Source: Patescibacteria group bacterium (GTDB taxonomy: Bacteria > Patescibacteriota > Patescibacteriia > UBA9570). From it: DNA of 64,000 bases. Below, piece by piece: positions 34,666 to 43,005 of this stretch. Where the stretch lies: assembly GCA_041660305.1 (NCBI GenBank), contig JBAZWO010000001.1, forward strand, positions 43,969-107,968. The letters run 5' to 3'. The notes beneath the pieces were generated by a model. It was not told where the DNA came from. It ran no database searches and saw only the letters and a list, made by a program, of their open reading frames with translations. The translations under genes and the position numbers were made by a program. Each line of letters begins with the position of its first letter. The stretch's first letter is position 1.

Positions 34666-36021
34666 ATGTGGTATCAAAAGCGATTTTATTGCTTAGTAGT
34701 TAGTTGTATTTTAATTTGGCCGATTGCTCTGCAAGCCATGAGCGTAACGGTAGATACCGATGATAACACGCTTGAATTTACCAATGATACTACCGTAGAA
34801 CTAACCTTTCCAGCGGCAGTTAATGATATCCAAGCGCTACCAATAAAACGTAATAATTTACCTTATTTAGTGGTAGCTACTTGGCAAGATAAAACCATTA
34901 CTCTTAGTTTATACAACAGCGCTGGCCAAATTATTTCTACTGAAACAATAGCCGCCTTAAAGGAAGACCGGCAGTTTACCGTAATGCGTTTGGAATATAA
35001 ATTGGTAAACGATGTTTCAACTATTCAATTACGGGCCGTAAAAACTAATAACGAAAGGAAACCGAAAAAGTATTTAAAAAAACAATATATAATTGATTTA
35101 AATAATGCTGATGTAATTCAACTTTACACTAGTAATACAGAAAAAATTGCTTACTCTGAACATTATTTTAGCGACAATAATGATGAAGCCGGCATGGATT
35201 ATTTTAATTGGGAACGTTTATCCGCTGGCTTATTATCTATTAATCGTAAAACTTCTATTGATAAACGCTGTGCTCTGCACACCGAATACATGCGCCTGAA
35301 TGATGAAATTACTCATTACGAAAAACCTTTTAAAAAAGGTTATACCAAAGATGGTTATCAAGCTGGTACTCAAAGTGATTTAACTGGCCAATTTAATACC
35401 AGCTTAACTAATGGCGTTGATATTTTAACCACCGCCATTTATCATCGTATTCCCATGTTGCGCAACAATTTATACGCTACGGGCTGGGCGGTATCTGATT
35501 TTTCAAAACAAGGTTATCGTTACGGTTGTTTAACAGTATATGCTCCGGAAGGTTGGTATACTACCAGCACTATGTTAACTAGTAACAAATATAATACTCC
35601 AGCGTTTAATCCAGATAACCATGAACCAATCCTCTATCCAGGCATTAAGCAAACTCATGTACCAGTTGATTTTATTACCGGTGAAACTCCCGATCCCTTG
35701 GCTAACGTAAACGGTACATACCCGGCTGGTTATCCAATATCTTTAATTTTTGCCTGGTATGACATAGTTACCGATTCTAACCTAAAACTTTTTCTAGCTA
35801 ACGGAGAAAAAGTAACTGGTTATTTTCAAGCACCTAATGATTCTAATGATCCTAATTCTGCCAGCCAACAAAACAGCTTGATATTTATTCCAGAAAAACC
35901 ACTAGCTTATGATACTACTTACACCGTAAAAGCTTCCGGCAAACGTAATGGTGTTACTTTTAGTAAACAATGGCAATTCACTACCGAACCGTACGACGAA
36001 AACTATCCCTACGCTGAATAG
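34666..36021 (+). CDS. hypothetical secreted protein
   Basis: 451-aa ORF with a signal peptide (LVVSCILIWPIALQA). No family assigned. Confidence 0.5.
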   Translation: MWYQKRFYCLVVSCILIWPIALQAMSVTVDTDDNTLEFTNDTTVELTFPAAVNDIQALPIKRNNLPYLVVATWQDKTITLSLYNSAGQIISTETIAALKEDRQFTVMRLEYKLVNDVSTIQLRAVKTNNERKPKKYLKKQYIIDLNNADVIQLYTSNTEKIAYSEHYFSDNNDEAGMDYFNWERLSAGLLSINRKTSIDKRCALHTEYMRLNDEITHYEKPFKKGYTKDGYQAGTQSDLTGQFNTSLTNGVDILTTAIYHRIPMLRNNLYATGWAVSDFSKQGYRYGCLTVYAPEGWYTTSTMLTSNKYNTPAFNPDNHEPILYPGIKQTHVPVDFITGETPDPLANVNGTYPAGYPISLIFAWYDIVTDSNLKLFLANGEKVTGYFQAPNDSNDPNSASQQNSLIFIPEKPLAYDTTYTVKASGKRNGVTFSKQWQFTTEPYDENYPYAE

Positions 36022-36026
36022 CTAAA

Positions 36027-36545
36027 TTACGGGTGATAAACCGGCGGTGTAACTACTTTAAAACCAGTAGCGGTTTTTTCTACAATAGCGGTAAATTCTG
36101 TTTGTGTAGGTAACATTTTGCCTTTATCATCACAACAAGTTGTAACGGCTACATCTTTAAATTGCACGGTAAAATGAAATTTATTGGTGCCAATTTGTTT
36201 TTTGCTTAATACTGTAGTTGGCACACAAGTATCAATTACCGTTGTGCAATAACCGGCTAATATTTTAGCCTGGTCTGAACGCTGTTCCTCTGGTACATAT
36301 TGCTCTAATTGTTCCCAGCCAACACTATTGTCTAAATCTGGATCGAACATAGTTACTGCTTCAGCATACTGTTGCTTGCTCAATAAATCATAAAATTTAA
36401 TAAATGTTTGTTCCGCTAAATCAAGATCCGTAACACTAACATTAGTATTATTATTATTTGTATTAACCGTATTGTTATTTATAGCACAACCAGCTAACAA
36501 AATTGCGCTAAATAATAAACTATATTTTATTTGTTTTAATAACAT
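36027..36545 (-). CDS. hypothetical lipoprotein
   Basis: Lipobox LLAGC followed by an Asn-rich linker. No family assigned. Confidence 0.5.
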   Translation of the reverse strand: MLLKQIKYSLLFSAILLAGCAINNNTVNTNNNNTNVSVTDLDLAEQTFIKFYDLLSKQQYAEAVTMFDPDLDNSVGWEQLEQYVPEEQRSDQAKILAGYCTTVIDTCVPTTVLSKKQIGTNKFHFTVQFKDVAVTTCCDDKGKMLPTQTEFTAIVEKTATGFKVVTPPVYHP

Positions 36546-36567
36546 ATTTTTTTGTATTATTTTTATA

Positions 36568-36804
36568 TTATTTATTTTTTTTAACTAGCTCGTTCATATC
36601 TTTTAGCATGGCATTAATAGTAGCTTCGTCTACCCCATGTAATTCGGCAATCATGCCAAAAGAATCAAACGATTGCCCAGGACAAAAAACACAAGCCACT
36701 TCGTCGCCAAAATACTTCAGCATAATTTCCTGTGCCTCGGGATATTCCCACAATACCTCACCAATTAATGTATCTTTGGTAATGTTTTTTTTCTTAGCTG
36801 CCAT
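36568..36804 (-). CDS. DUF1858-like small protein (redox disulfide-type CxxC)
   Basis: The start is moved to ATG 36804. Reads MAAKKKNITKDTLIGEVLWEYPEAQEIMLKYFGDEVACVFCPGQSFDSFGMIAELHGVD... Confidence 0.55.
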   Translation of the reverse strand: MAAKKKNITKDTLIGEVLWEYPEAQEIMLKYFGDEVACVFCPGQSFDSFGMIAELHGVDEATINAMLKDMNELVKKNK

Positions 36805-37343
36805 ATATTTTTTAATACTTCCGGCAAATAACGATAGGTTATTATTCCTACCGTAACCACCACCGGCAGTGTAATTAAATTTCCCACTAATTGATTTCTC
36901 AAAAATGGTAAAGCCGCTACATAACACTGCATTAAGCCGCTAAACGTATAGGAATACCAACCCATTTGCCACACGCCAAAATTAGTCCATAAATAAAAGA
37001 ATATTACACTTATGATGCCGCTACCTGTTAAGATTGCACTGTTTTTCCAAATAGCTGTTTTTACCACTTTTTTCGACCATAACGCATTACTTAATCCAAT
37101 CACTGCCCAAGCACTCCAAGTATAAGCAAAAATCATGCTATTCCCAATAAACATATCGGTGCCAATTACCGAGCCTAACCCTACTAATAATCCTAAATAT
37201 GGCCCTAATAAGGCTCCGGCTAATACCGTAGTGGCCGTTAATGTTTCATAGTTTTGCCCATGCATAACCATGCGGCTAATTACCGCAAAAACAATTAAAA
37301 TAACCGCCGTAATAATGTTTTTTTTGTTGAATGATTTCATCAT
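36765..37343 (-). CDS. hypothetical 5-6 TM membrane protein (candidate vitamin/cofactor transporter by context)
   Basis: The start is moved to ATG 37343 (MMKSFNKKNIITAVILIVFAV...). The ORF-track N-terminus translates repeat locus 6. It lies immediately downstream of nrdJ. Confidence 0.55.
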   Translation of the reverse strand: MMKSFNKKNIITAVILIVFAVISRMVMHGQNYETLTATTVLAGALLGPYLGLLVGLGSVIGTDMFIGNSMIFAYTWSAWAVIGLSNALWSKKVVKTAIWKNSAILTGSGIISVIFFYLWTNFGVWQMGWYSYTFSGLMQCYVAALPFLRNQLVGNLITLPVVVTVGIITYRYLPEVLKNIWQLRKKTLPKIH

Positions 37344-37361
37344 ATAATTAATTGAATTATA

Positions 37362-37405
37362 CCCCCTTCTCCTGGATAGGAGAAGGGGGCTAGGGGGATG
37401 AGGTC
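37362..37405. repeat. GC-rich hairpin element (locus 6)
   Basis: CCCCCTTCTCC-tggat-AGGAGAAGGGGG followed by ctagggggatgaggtc. Confidence 0.85.
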
Positions 37406-37407
37406 TG

Positions 37408-39657
37408 TTAAGCACATTTTGAATAGCCGCACCCAAAGCACGCTAAACAACCTTCCTGCATGGCTAACACGCTATGACATTCCGGGCACTCTGGAGAAAT
37501 GCCCAAATTCGCAATCGAAGCAGACGCTTCAATCGTTTTGTATTTTGATTCTGCTTTCACAACAATTTCTTGGTCTTGTTTTAATTCATCCGGTGCTTTT
37601 TTCTTATCTAATTGTTCAAGATGTTGAATAAACACTTGGGCAATCGCATCGGGAATTGATAAAATCATGCCGCGTTTGCCGAACGATGGCATTGGTCCAC
37701 GAATACCTTTTATTTGCTCAATAATAGCCGTTACTGGAATACCAGCGCGTAATGATAATGAGACTAAGCGGCAAATCGCTTCCGCTTCTTCGGCAAACAC
37801 GCCACCAGCTTTGCCAATAGTAGCAAATACTTCAAACGGCTGGTTTTGATCATCATGATTAATAGTAACAAACATAGTACCGTAACCAGTTTTAATTTTG
37901 TAAGTCATACCTGGTACACACTCTGGCCTAGAACGTGGTGAAATAATTTCCCGAGGTTGTATTTTAGTTTCTGGTTTTTTCGCATCTAAACTACTTAAAA
38001 CCGCTTCACTGCGTGAACCATCACGAAAATACGTAACCCCTTTACAGCCTAAATCGTAGGCTTTCATATATAAATCTTTCACCGCCGCCATGGTATGTTC
38101 ATTTGGTGCGTTCACGGTTTTGCTAATACTGGAATCAACGTAAGACTGAATTAACGCCTGCATTGTAACGTGCTCATCGGGCGTTAAGGCTTTAGCGTTA
38201 ATAAAGTAATCCGGTATATCTTTAGCCTCTGGGTTACTGTCTTTCCAAGCTTTATATAATGGATGATATACCGTATGCAAACCTAAGCGATCTTTGCGTT
38301 GATAAGCAAAATCATAGACCGGCTCGATACCAGAACTTACTCCGGCCAAAATACTAGTGGTACCGGTTGGCGCTTGGGTTAATAATACCGCATTACGAAT
38401 CCCATAACGACCAATCATTTCCTGTATATGATTTGGTAAATTCTTAATAAATTTACCTTGCGCGTATTTAGTGCGATCAAACATGGGAAAAGCGCCTTTT
38501 TCACGCGCTAATTCTACACTAGCTAGATACGCCTCATCACGAATTACTTGGTGCATTTTCTTTACCACTTCCAATGACTCTGAACTACCATAACGCACTT
38601 TCATTTTTATTAAGGCATCAGCTAAGCCCATGGTACCTAAACCGGTGCGCCGAATATTATGCTGCACTTCTCGATTTTCCGGAAAAAAATACTCTGTAGT
38701 ATCAATTACGTTATCTAAAAATCTTATCGCAATACGCACTACTTCTGCTAAGCGATCATAATTAAACGTACCAGCCTCATTTACAAAATTAGCTACATTA
38801 ATTGAACCAAGATTACACACCGACCAAGCGCCTAACCCTTGTTCACCGCACGGATTAGTAGCAATGATTTTTTCAAAATACCAGGTATTCGATTCTTTAT
38901 TATAGCGCTCTTTAAACATAATGCCTGGTTCCCCCGCCGCCCAAGCTGATTCACAAATTAAATCCCATAATTGGCGTGCTGGAATAGTGCGATACACTTT
39001 ACCACTCCATTGCAAATCCCATAGTTTATCTTGCTTTACTGCTGCCATGAAGGCATCGGAAATACATACTGATAAATTAGCATTGGTAACCTGACCCATG
39101 GTACGTTTCACGGTAATAAACTCCTCAATATCTGGATGATCAATATCCAACATAAGCATTAACGCACCCCGGCGTGAACCGCCTTGAATTATTAACCCAG
39201 TAGCAAACGAATACATACCGCCAAATGATACTGCACCAGAAGCGGTGCCGTGCACGCCTTTTACATAAGCTCCCCGTGGGCGAATAGAAGATAAATTAAC
39301 CCCTACTCCACCGCCTCGGCTCATAATTTCCATCATTAATTTAATATTATCCACAATCCCACCGCGCGTATCATCGGGCGATGGAATTACAAAACAATTA
39401 TAAAACGTTAATGGCACGCCCGAGCCGGCTCCGGCCAAAATTCTCCCCCCCGGCACATAATCAAACCCCTGCAAAATAGAATAAAACTGCCGCTCCCATT
39501 CTGTCCGCAACACCTCGGTATGTTCGGCTTTAGCAATAGCTTTAGCTACTCGTTTCCACACTTCCTCTGGGGTTTGTTCAATGCTATTACCTTTTTCGTC
39601 CTTTAAGGTATAGCGATCAAAAAACACTTGTTTGGCTAAGCCAGTTAACTCGTACAT
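37408..39657 (-). CDS. nrdJ: adenosylcobalamin-dependent (class II) ribonucleotide reductase
   Basis: 749 aa. Reads ...ATNPCGEQ.L....CNLGSIN..., and TQAPTGT.S, and has the C-terminal Cys cluster CPECHSVLAMQEGCLACFGCGYSKC. Confidence 0.9.
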   Translation of the reverse strand: MYELTGLAKQVFFDRYTLKDEKGNSIEQTPEEVWKRVAKAIAKAEHTEVLRTEWERQFYSILQGFDYVPGGRILAGAGSGVPLTFYNCFVIPSPDDTRGGIVDNIKLMMEIMSRGGGVGVNLSSIRPRGAYVKGVHGTASGAVSFGGMYSFATGLIIQGGSRRGALMLMLDIDHPDIEEFITVKRTMGQVTNANLSVCISDAFMAAVKQDKLWDLQWSGKVYRTIPARQLWDLICESAWAAGEPGIMFKERYNKESNTWYFEKIIATNPCGEQGLGAWSVCNLGSINVANFVNEAGTFNYDRLAEVVRIAIRFLDNVIDTTEYFFPENREVQHNIRRTGLGTMGLADALIKMKVRYGSSESLEVVKKMHQVIRDEAYLASVELAREKGAFPMFDRTKYAQGKFIKNLPNHIQEMIGRYGIRNAVLLTQAPTGTTSILAGVSSGIEPVYDFAYQRKDRLGLHTVYHPLYKAWKDSNPEAKDIPDYFINAKALTPDEHVTMQALIQSYVDSSISKTVNAPNEHTMAAVKDLYMKAYDLGCKGVTYFRDGSRSEAVLSSLDAKKPETKIQPREIISPRSRPECVPGMTYKIKTGYGTMFVTINHDDQNQPFEVFATIGKAGGVFAEEAEAICRLVSLSLRAGIPVTAIIEQIKGIRGPMPSFGKRGMILSIPDAIAQVFIQHLEQLDKKKAPDELKQDQEIVVKAESKYKTIEASASIANLGISPECPECHSVLAMQEGCLACFGCGYSKCA

Positions 39658-39701
39658 ATAAAATAAGGGGTTAAATTATTAAAACCTATATATACTATTA
39701 T

Positions 39702-39750
39702 TTACTATATATAGTGTTGCTAGATACCAATATACCACAATATGTTGTGG
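39702..39750. promoter_or_regulatory. two NrdR-box-like palindromes upstream of nrdJ
   Basis: ttACTATATATAGTgt (39702-39717) and CCACAATATGTTGTGG (39735-39750). Their centres are 33 bp apart, about 3 helical turns. Confidence 0.6.
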
Positions 39751-39782
39751 TTGTTAACTGTGGATAAGTGGCTAGAGATTCT

Positions 39783-40352
39783 TTAATATTCAATCCCTAA
39801 TCTTGGGGAAAAATCGGGATGATTAAAATAATGTTTAGTTGGCTGCATCACTGTTACTAAATCAGCCATGTTTAATAATACTGGATGAGCCGTGCTACCG
39901 GTTAAAATAACTTCGGTGTTGCGATGACGATTATCCAAAAAATCCACTACGTCTTCTAAGTTTAATAATTCATGCTGAATGGCTGGCAAAATTTCATCTA
40001 AGATTAATACATCGGGTCGGCGTTGTTGCATGGCTTCACGAGCATATTGCAAGCCTTGCGCGGCTAAATAGGCATCAATGGCATGGATTTCTTGCCAAGA
40101 GGCTAATTCTGGCCGACCAAACTGTAATATTTCTACTAATGGTTTTAACTTTTGCGCCGCTAATAATTCACCGGTATCTTTATGCCCTTTAATAAATTGG
40201 ATCATTAACACGGTGTAGCCTTGGCCAGCCGCACGTAACAACGTGCCTAAAGCGGCAGAAGTTTTGCCTTTACCAGTGCCTGTGTAAATATGTAATTTTC
40301 CCAAATGCTTCTTATGATGATACTCTGGTTTTGGTTTTTTATGAAGATTCAT
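39783..40352 (-). CDS. cobO: cob(I)yrinic acid a,c-diamide / cob(I)alamin adenosyltransferase (CobO/BtuR type)
   Basis: Reads G.LHIYTGTGKGKTSAALG..LRAAG.G..VLMIQFIKG, and later LDE. Confidence 0.85.
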   Translation of the reverse strand: MNLHKKPKPEYHHKKHLGKLHIYTGTGKGKTSAALGTLLRAAGQGYTVLMIQFIKGHKDTGELLAAQKLKPLVEILQFGRPELASWQEIHAIDAYLAAQGLQYAREAMQQRRPDVLILDEILPAIQHELLNLEDVVDFLDNRHRNTEVILTGSTAHPVLLNMADLVTVMQPTKHYFNHPDFSPRLGIEY

Positions 40353-40373
40353 ATACTATAATTATTTGCTGAT

Positions 40374-40850
40374 TTATTTTTTCCGTCGTTTAGAAATTAA
40401 GCGTTCTACTTCTTCTTGGAACTCTACTAAATCCTCAAATTCTTGGTACACGGAAGCAAACCGAATGTAAGCAATTTTATCTAAGCGTTTTAAATGCTTC
40501 ATCACAATATCACCAATAGTGCGTGAATCTATTGTATCAGTTTTGGCGGCTAATTGCACATCTCGTTCTACGGCCGCTAATAATTTTTGAAATTTTTCTT
40601 CATCATTCAAGCGTTTTTCTAAAGCAATGTGCAAACCGCGAGCGATTTTTTCCGTGGAATACGGCTCACTAGCACCATTCCGTTTTTGCACCTTCAAATT
40701 CAAAATCTCCACCTGTTCTTTGGTAGAAAAACGAAAACTACATTTCGGACATTCTCGCCGCCGCCTAATTACCATGCCCTCATCGAGCACGCGAGAATCC
40801 ACTACTTTGGTATCATCATGTAAACACCCTGGACAACGCATATATTGCAA
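40374..40850 (-). CDS. nrdR: transcriptional repressor NrdR
   Basis: Zinc ribbon MRCPGC....KVVDSR......IRRRRECPKC..RF.T.E, followed by the ATP-cone. The likely true start is the MRCPGC Met at 40841. Confidence 0.9.
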   Translation of the reverse strand: MQYMRCPGCLHDDTKVVDSRVLDEGMVIRRRRECPKCSFRFSTKEQVEILNLKVQKRNGASEPYSTEKIARGLHIALEKRLNDEEKFQKLLAAVERDVQLAAKTDTIDSRTIGDIVMKHLKRLDKIAYIRFASVYQEFEDLVEFQEEVERLISKRRKK

Positions 40851-40917
40851 TTTTACTATTTAATATTATTTTAAGCAACCTGTTATTTTTTTTAAACACA
40901 GTTATGCACAGTTTTGC

Positions 40918-40946
40918 TTGACGATATAACAGACTAAGTTCATAAT
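40918..40946 (+). promoter_or_regulatory. sigma70-type promoter candidate for the T-box leader
   Basis: TTGACG (40918-40923), 17-nt spacer, CATAAT (40941-40946). Confidence 0.45.
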
Positions 40947-40959
40947 TCTAATAATTTAA

Positions 40960-41202
40960 TAACTTAACTATTTCAACCACAGACGGAGAAATGCGCGCTC
41001 CCGAGGTTGCTACCGAAGAAAGTTCCGAATACTTGGAACAAGTAGGATTAGCTGGGTGGCCCCCAGAAACAAAATAGCTCAATGAGTGTCCTGAGGCTTG
41101 CACCGGCAAGATCGAAGGAAATCGGGGTGGTACCACGGGGCTTAATAAATCCTCGTCCCTTACTAGAAACCAAGTGTTTCTAGTTGGAGACGAGGGTTTT
41201 TT
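40960..41202 (+). promoter_or_regulatory. T-box leader (tRNA-sensing riboswitch) with antiterminator/terminator
   Basis: The T-box core is GGAAATCGGGGTGGTACCACGGGG (41117-41140). The antiterminator pairs GGG/CCC and ACGGGG/CCUCGU around the 7-nt bulge UGGUACC. The competing terminator spans 41151-41202 (CCTCGTC...GACGAGG plus T6). Confidence 0.75.
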
Positions 41203-41230
41203 ATATAATAAAAAATAACTATTAACATAT

Positions 41231-42304
41231 ATGATCAAACATTTATTACCAACTAACCTGTCATTTAATGACCATTTTGCAAATATAGTAAACATTACTC
41301 AAACAGCTCACCAAGCTGTGCTTAAACACTACACTCAGGCTGGCTTAACTTATGTAGATGTACCAGCCATTGTTGGTATTACAGGCGCTTGTGAAAATGT
41401 AGACACATTATTCAAAATACAATCACATCAGCCTGGCTTGAATCTGTTTTTTACCCAAACCGGTCAATTATCTTTAGAACAAGCTCTGCAGGTTTTTCCT
41501 GGCGCATGTACAATTATCCACTCTGGTCGAGACGAAGAGATTGAAGATGAGCGTCATTTACGCCAATTTCGCTTAATTGAAGAAGAATTTGATTGTACTA
41601 TGATTGGCATGACCCGCGAAACTTACAACGAACAAGCTATGTTCGAAAATCTCCTGCAACATATTCAACAAGCCGTGCAAGCCATGTTCAGTGCGATAAT
41701 AAAAGATCATAGCGATATTCTTGCACAAGCTTACCAACACAATGTACAGAACATTAAGTTAGCCAGCACTCAGCCGTTCTTACGCATTCGTTATGAAGAT
41801 ACCATACAATTACTCAACCATAACGGTTTTACAGATCTCCGATTTGGCGATGATTTGCACAGCAAACATGAAGCAAAAATAGTACAACTACTGAATACAT
41901 CCGGCACAGAATTACCTGTATTTATTACGCACTATCCTAAAGAAATTAAATTTTTCAACATGAAAGTATCAAGCATTGATGCACGAGTATGTTTGTCGGC
42001 CGATTTGATTCTGCCATACTCTGGCGAGGCTACCGGCTCGGCTGTCCGTGAACATGATTTTACTAAACTAAACGAACGTCTGCTTGCTTCAACTATGTAT
42101 AAATTACATCGGGAACGAGGTGGCACCTATGAAGATTTTAAATGGTACTTAACTATTATGGAACAAAAACTTACCAATCCACACGCCGGTTATGGTATTG
42201 GTAACGACCGGATTATGCAATATATTTTAGGTCTAACAGACATTCGCCAAGCTTCGATATTTACATTGCTCAATCAACAAACCGGGGATTGGCTAAGAAA
42301 ATAA
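41231..42304 (+). CDS. AsnRS-like class II aaRS catalytic-core paralog lacking an anticodon-binding domain (archaeal-type asparagine synthetase A-like)
   Basis: Motif 2-like ERHLRQFRLIEEEF. Also has GEATGSAVREHD and motif 3-like YEDFKWYL......PHAGYGIGNDRIMQYILGLTDIRQ. At 357 aa it has no N-terminal OB-fold. Confidence 0.65.
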   Translation: MIKHLLPTNLSFNDHFANIVNITQTAHQAVLKHYTQAGLTYVDVPAIVGITGACENVDTLFKIQSHQPGLNLFFTQTGQLSLEQALQVFPGACTIIHSGRDEEIEDERHLRQFRLIEEEFDCTMIGMTRETYNEQAMFENLLQHIQQAVQAMFSAIIKDHSDILAQAYQHNVQNIKLASTQPFLRIRYEDTIQLLNHNGFTDLRFGDDLHSKHEAKIVQLLNTSGTELPVFITHYPKEIKFFNMKVSSIDARVCLSADLILPYSGEATGSAVREHDFTKLNERLLASTMYKLHRERGGTYEDFKWYLTIMEQKLTNPHAGYGIGNDRIMQYILGLTDIRQASIFTLLNQQTGDWLRK

Positions 42305-42412
42305 CAGCTTATTTATGCATCAATTCTACTTATCATTAACATTACGTCGTCGTACTCAATCACACTTGAGGTTATTTGTTAGTGTTTGAGTATTAACTAA
42401 AATATTATCACG

Positions 42413-42442
42413 CAACCTCAAGAATTTCCTTGAGGTTGTTTT
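42413..42442 (+). terminator. intrinsic terminator after the AsnRS-like gene
   Basis: CAACCTCAAG-aatttc-CTTGAGGTTG followed by TTTT. Confidence 0.7.
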
Positions 42443-42937
42443 GTGCAAATTTGTATCATGGAGAACCAAATGAGAGAGGTAGATCGTCAGGTAATCACGG
42501 TAGATTTTTCCCAAAAACTGATCGGCCTACAGTCCAATCGTAACGGGACTTGGGAACATGATCACACGCCAGAATACCCAGTAGAGCAAGATATGTTCTT
42601 TGCTGGTGAAACGCACGCTCAATTCACTGTGGCTCTGTTTGAGCGAGTAGAAAGTACGCCACAGGAATTTCTGGATGATGAGCTAGTTAAATATAACGCT
42701 CGTCATACCAATGAAGTACTCGTAGCAGCTTCTCCACGAATTCTCTACGCATATGGGCTATGTAGTGCCCAACAAGTGGAATATTGTTCCAGCATCGACG
42801 CCCACGGGCAAACCCACCAGGGTAAAAATCTGCCGAAAATGTATTGCGTGTGCTACATCAAAGATAGCACACTCTATTTCACACATTGGCAGTTCGAAAA
42901 GCAACAGGCTCATAAAGTGCTGCTGGTCGTGAAATAA
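42443..42937 (+). CDS. hypothetical protein
   Basis: 164-aa ORF with a GTG start in the track. The alternative ATG at 42470 (MREVDRQ...) lies 8 nt after GGAGA. GC-richer than its surroundings. No family assigned. Confidence 0.45.
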   Translation: MQICIMENQMREVDRQVITVDFSQKLIGLQSNRNGTWEHDHTPEYPVEQDMFFAGETHAQFTVALFERVESTPQEFLDDELVKYNARHTNEVLVAASPRILYAYGLCSAQQVEYCSSIDAHGQTHQGKNLPKMYCVCYIKDSTLYFTHWQFEKQQAHKVLLVVK

Positions 42938-43005
42938 ATTTGCTCTTTCCTATCTATAGTGCCGCCGGTCACTTTATCCCACCAACCGGCACTCTTTTTA
43001 TTATG

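Noticed and set aside
39658-41230. Cobalamin riboswitch expected near the B12-dependent nrd operon
   Set aside because: I looked for the B12-box and the conserved core around the operon's 5' regions. I found only NrdR-box-like palindromes, and on the other strand the T-box leader of the neighbouring gene.
40948-41295. 115-aa minus-strand ORF
   Set aside because: It lies antisense across the T-box leader and terminator. Its peptide is a translation of structured RNA and is not a plausible gene.
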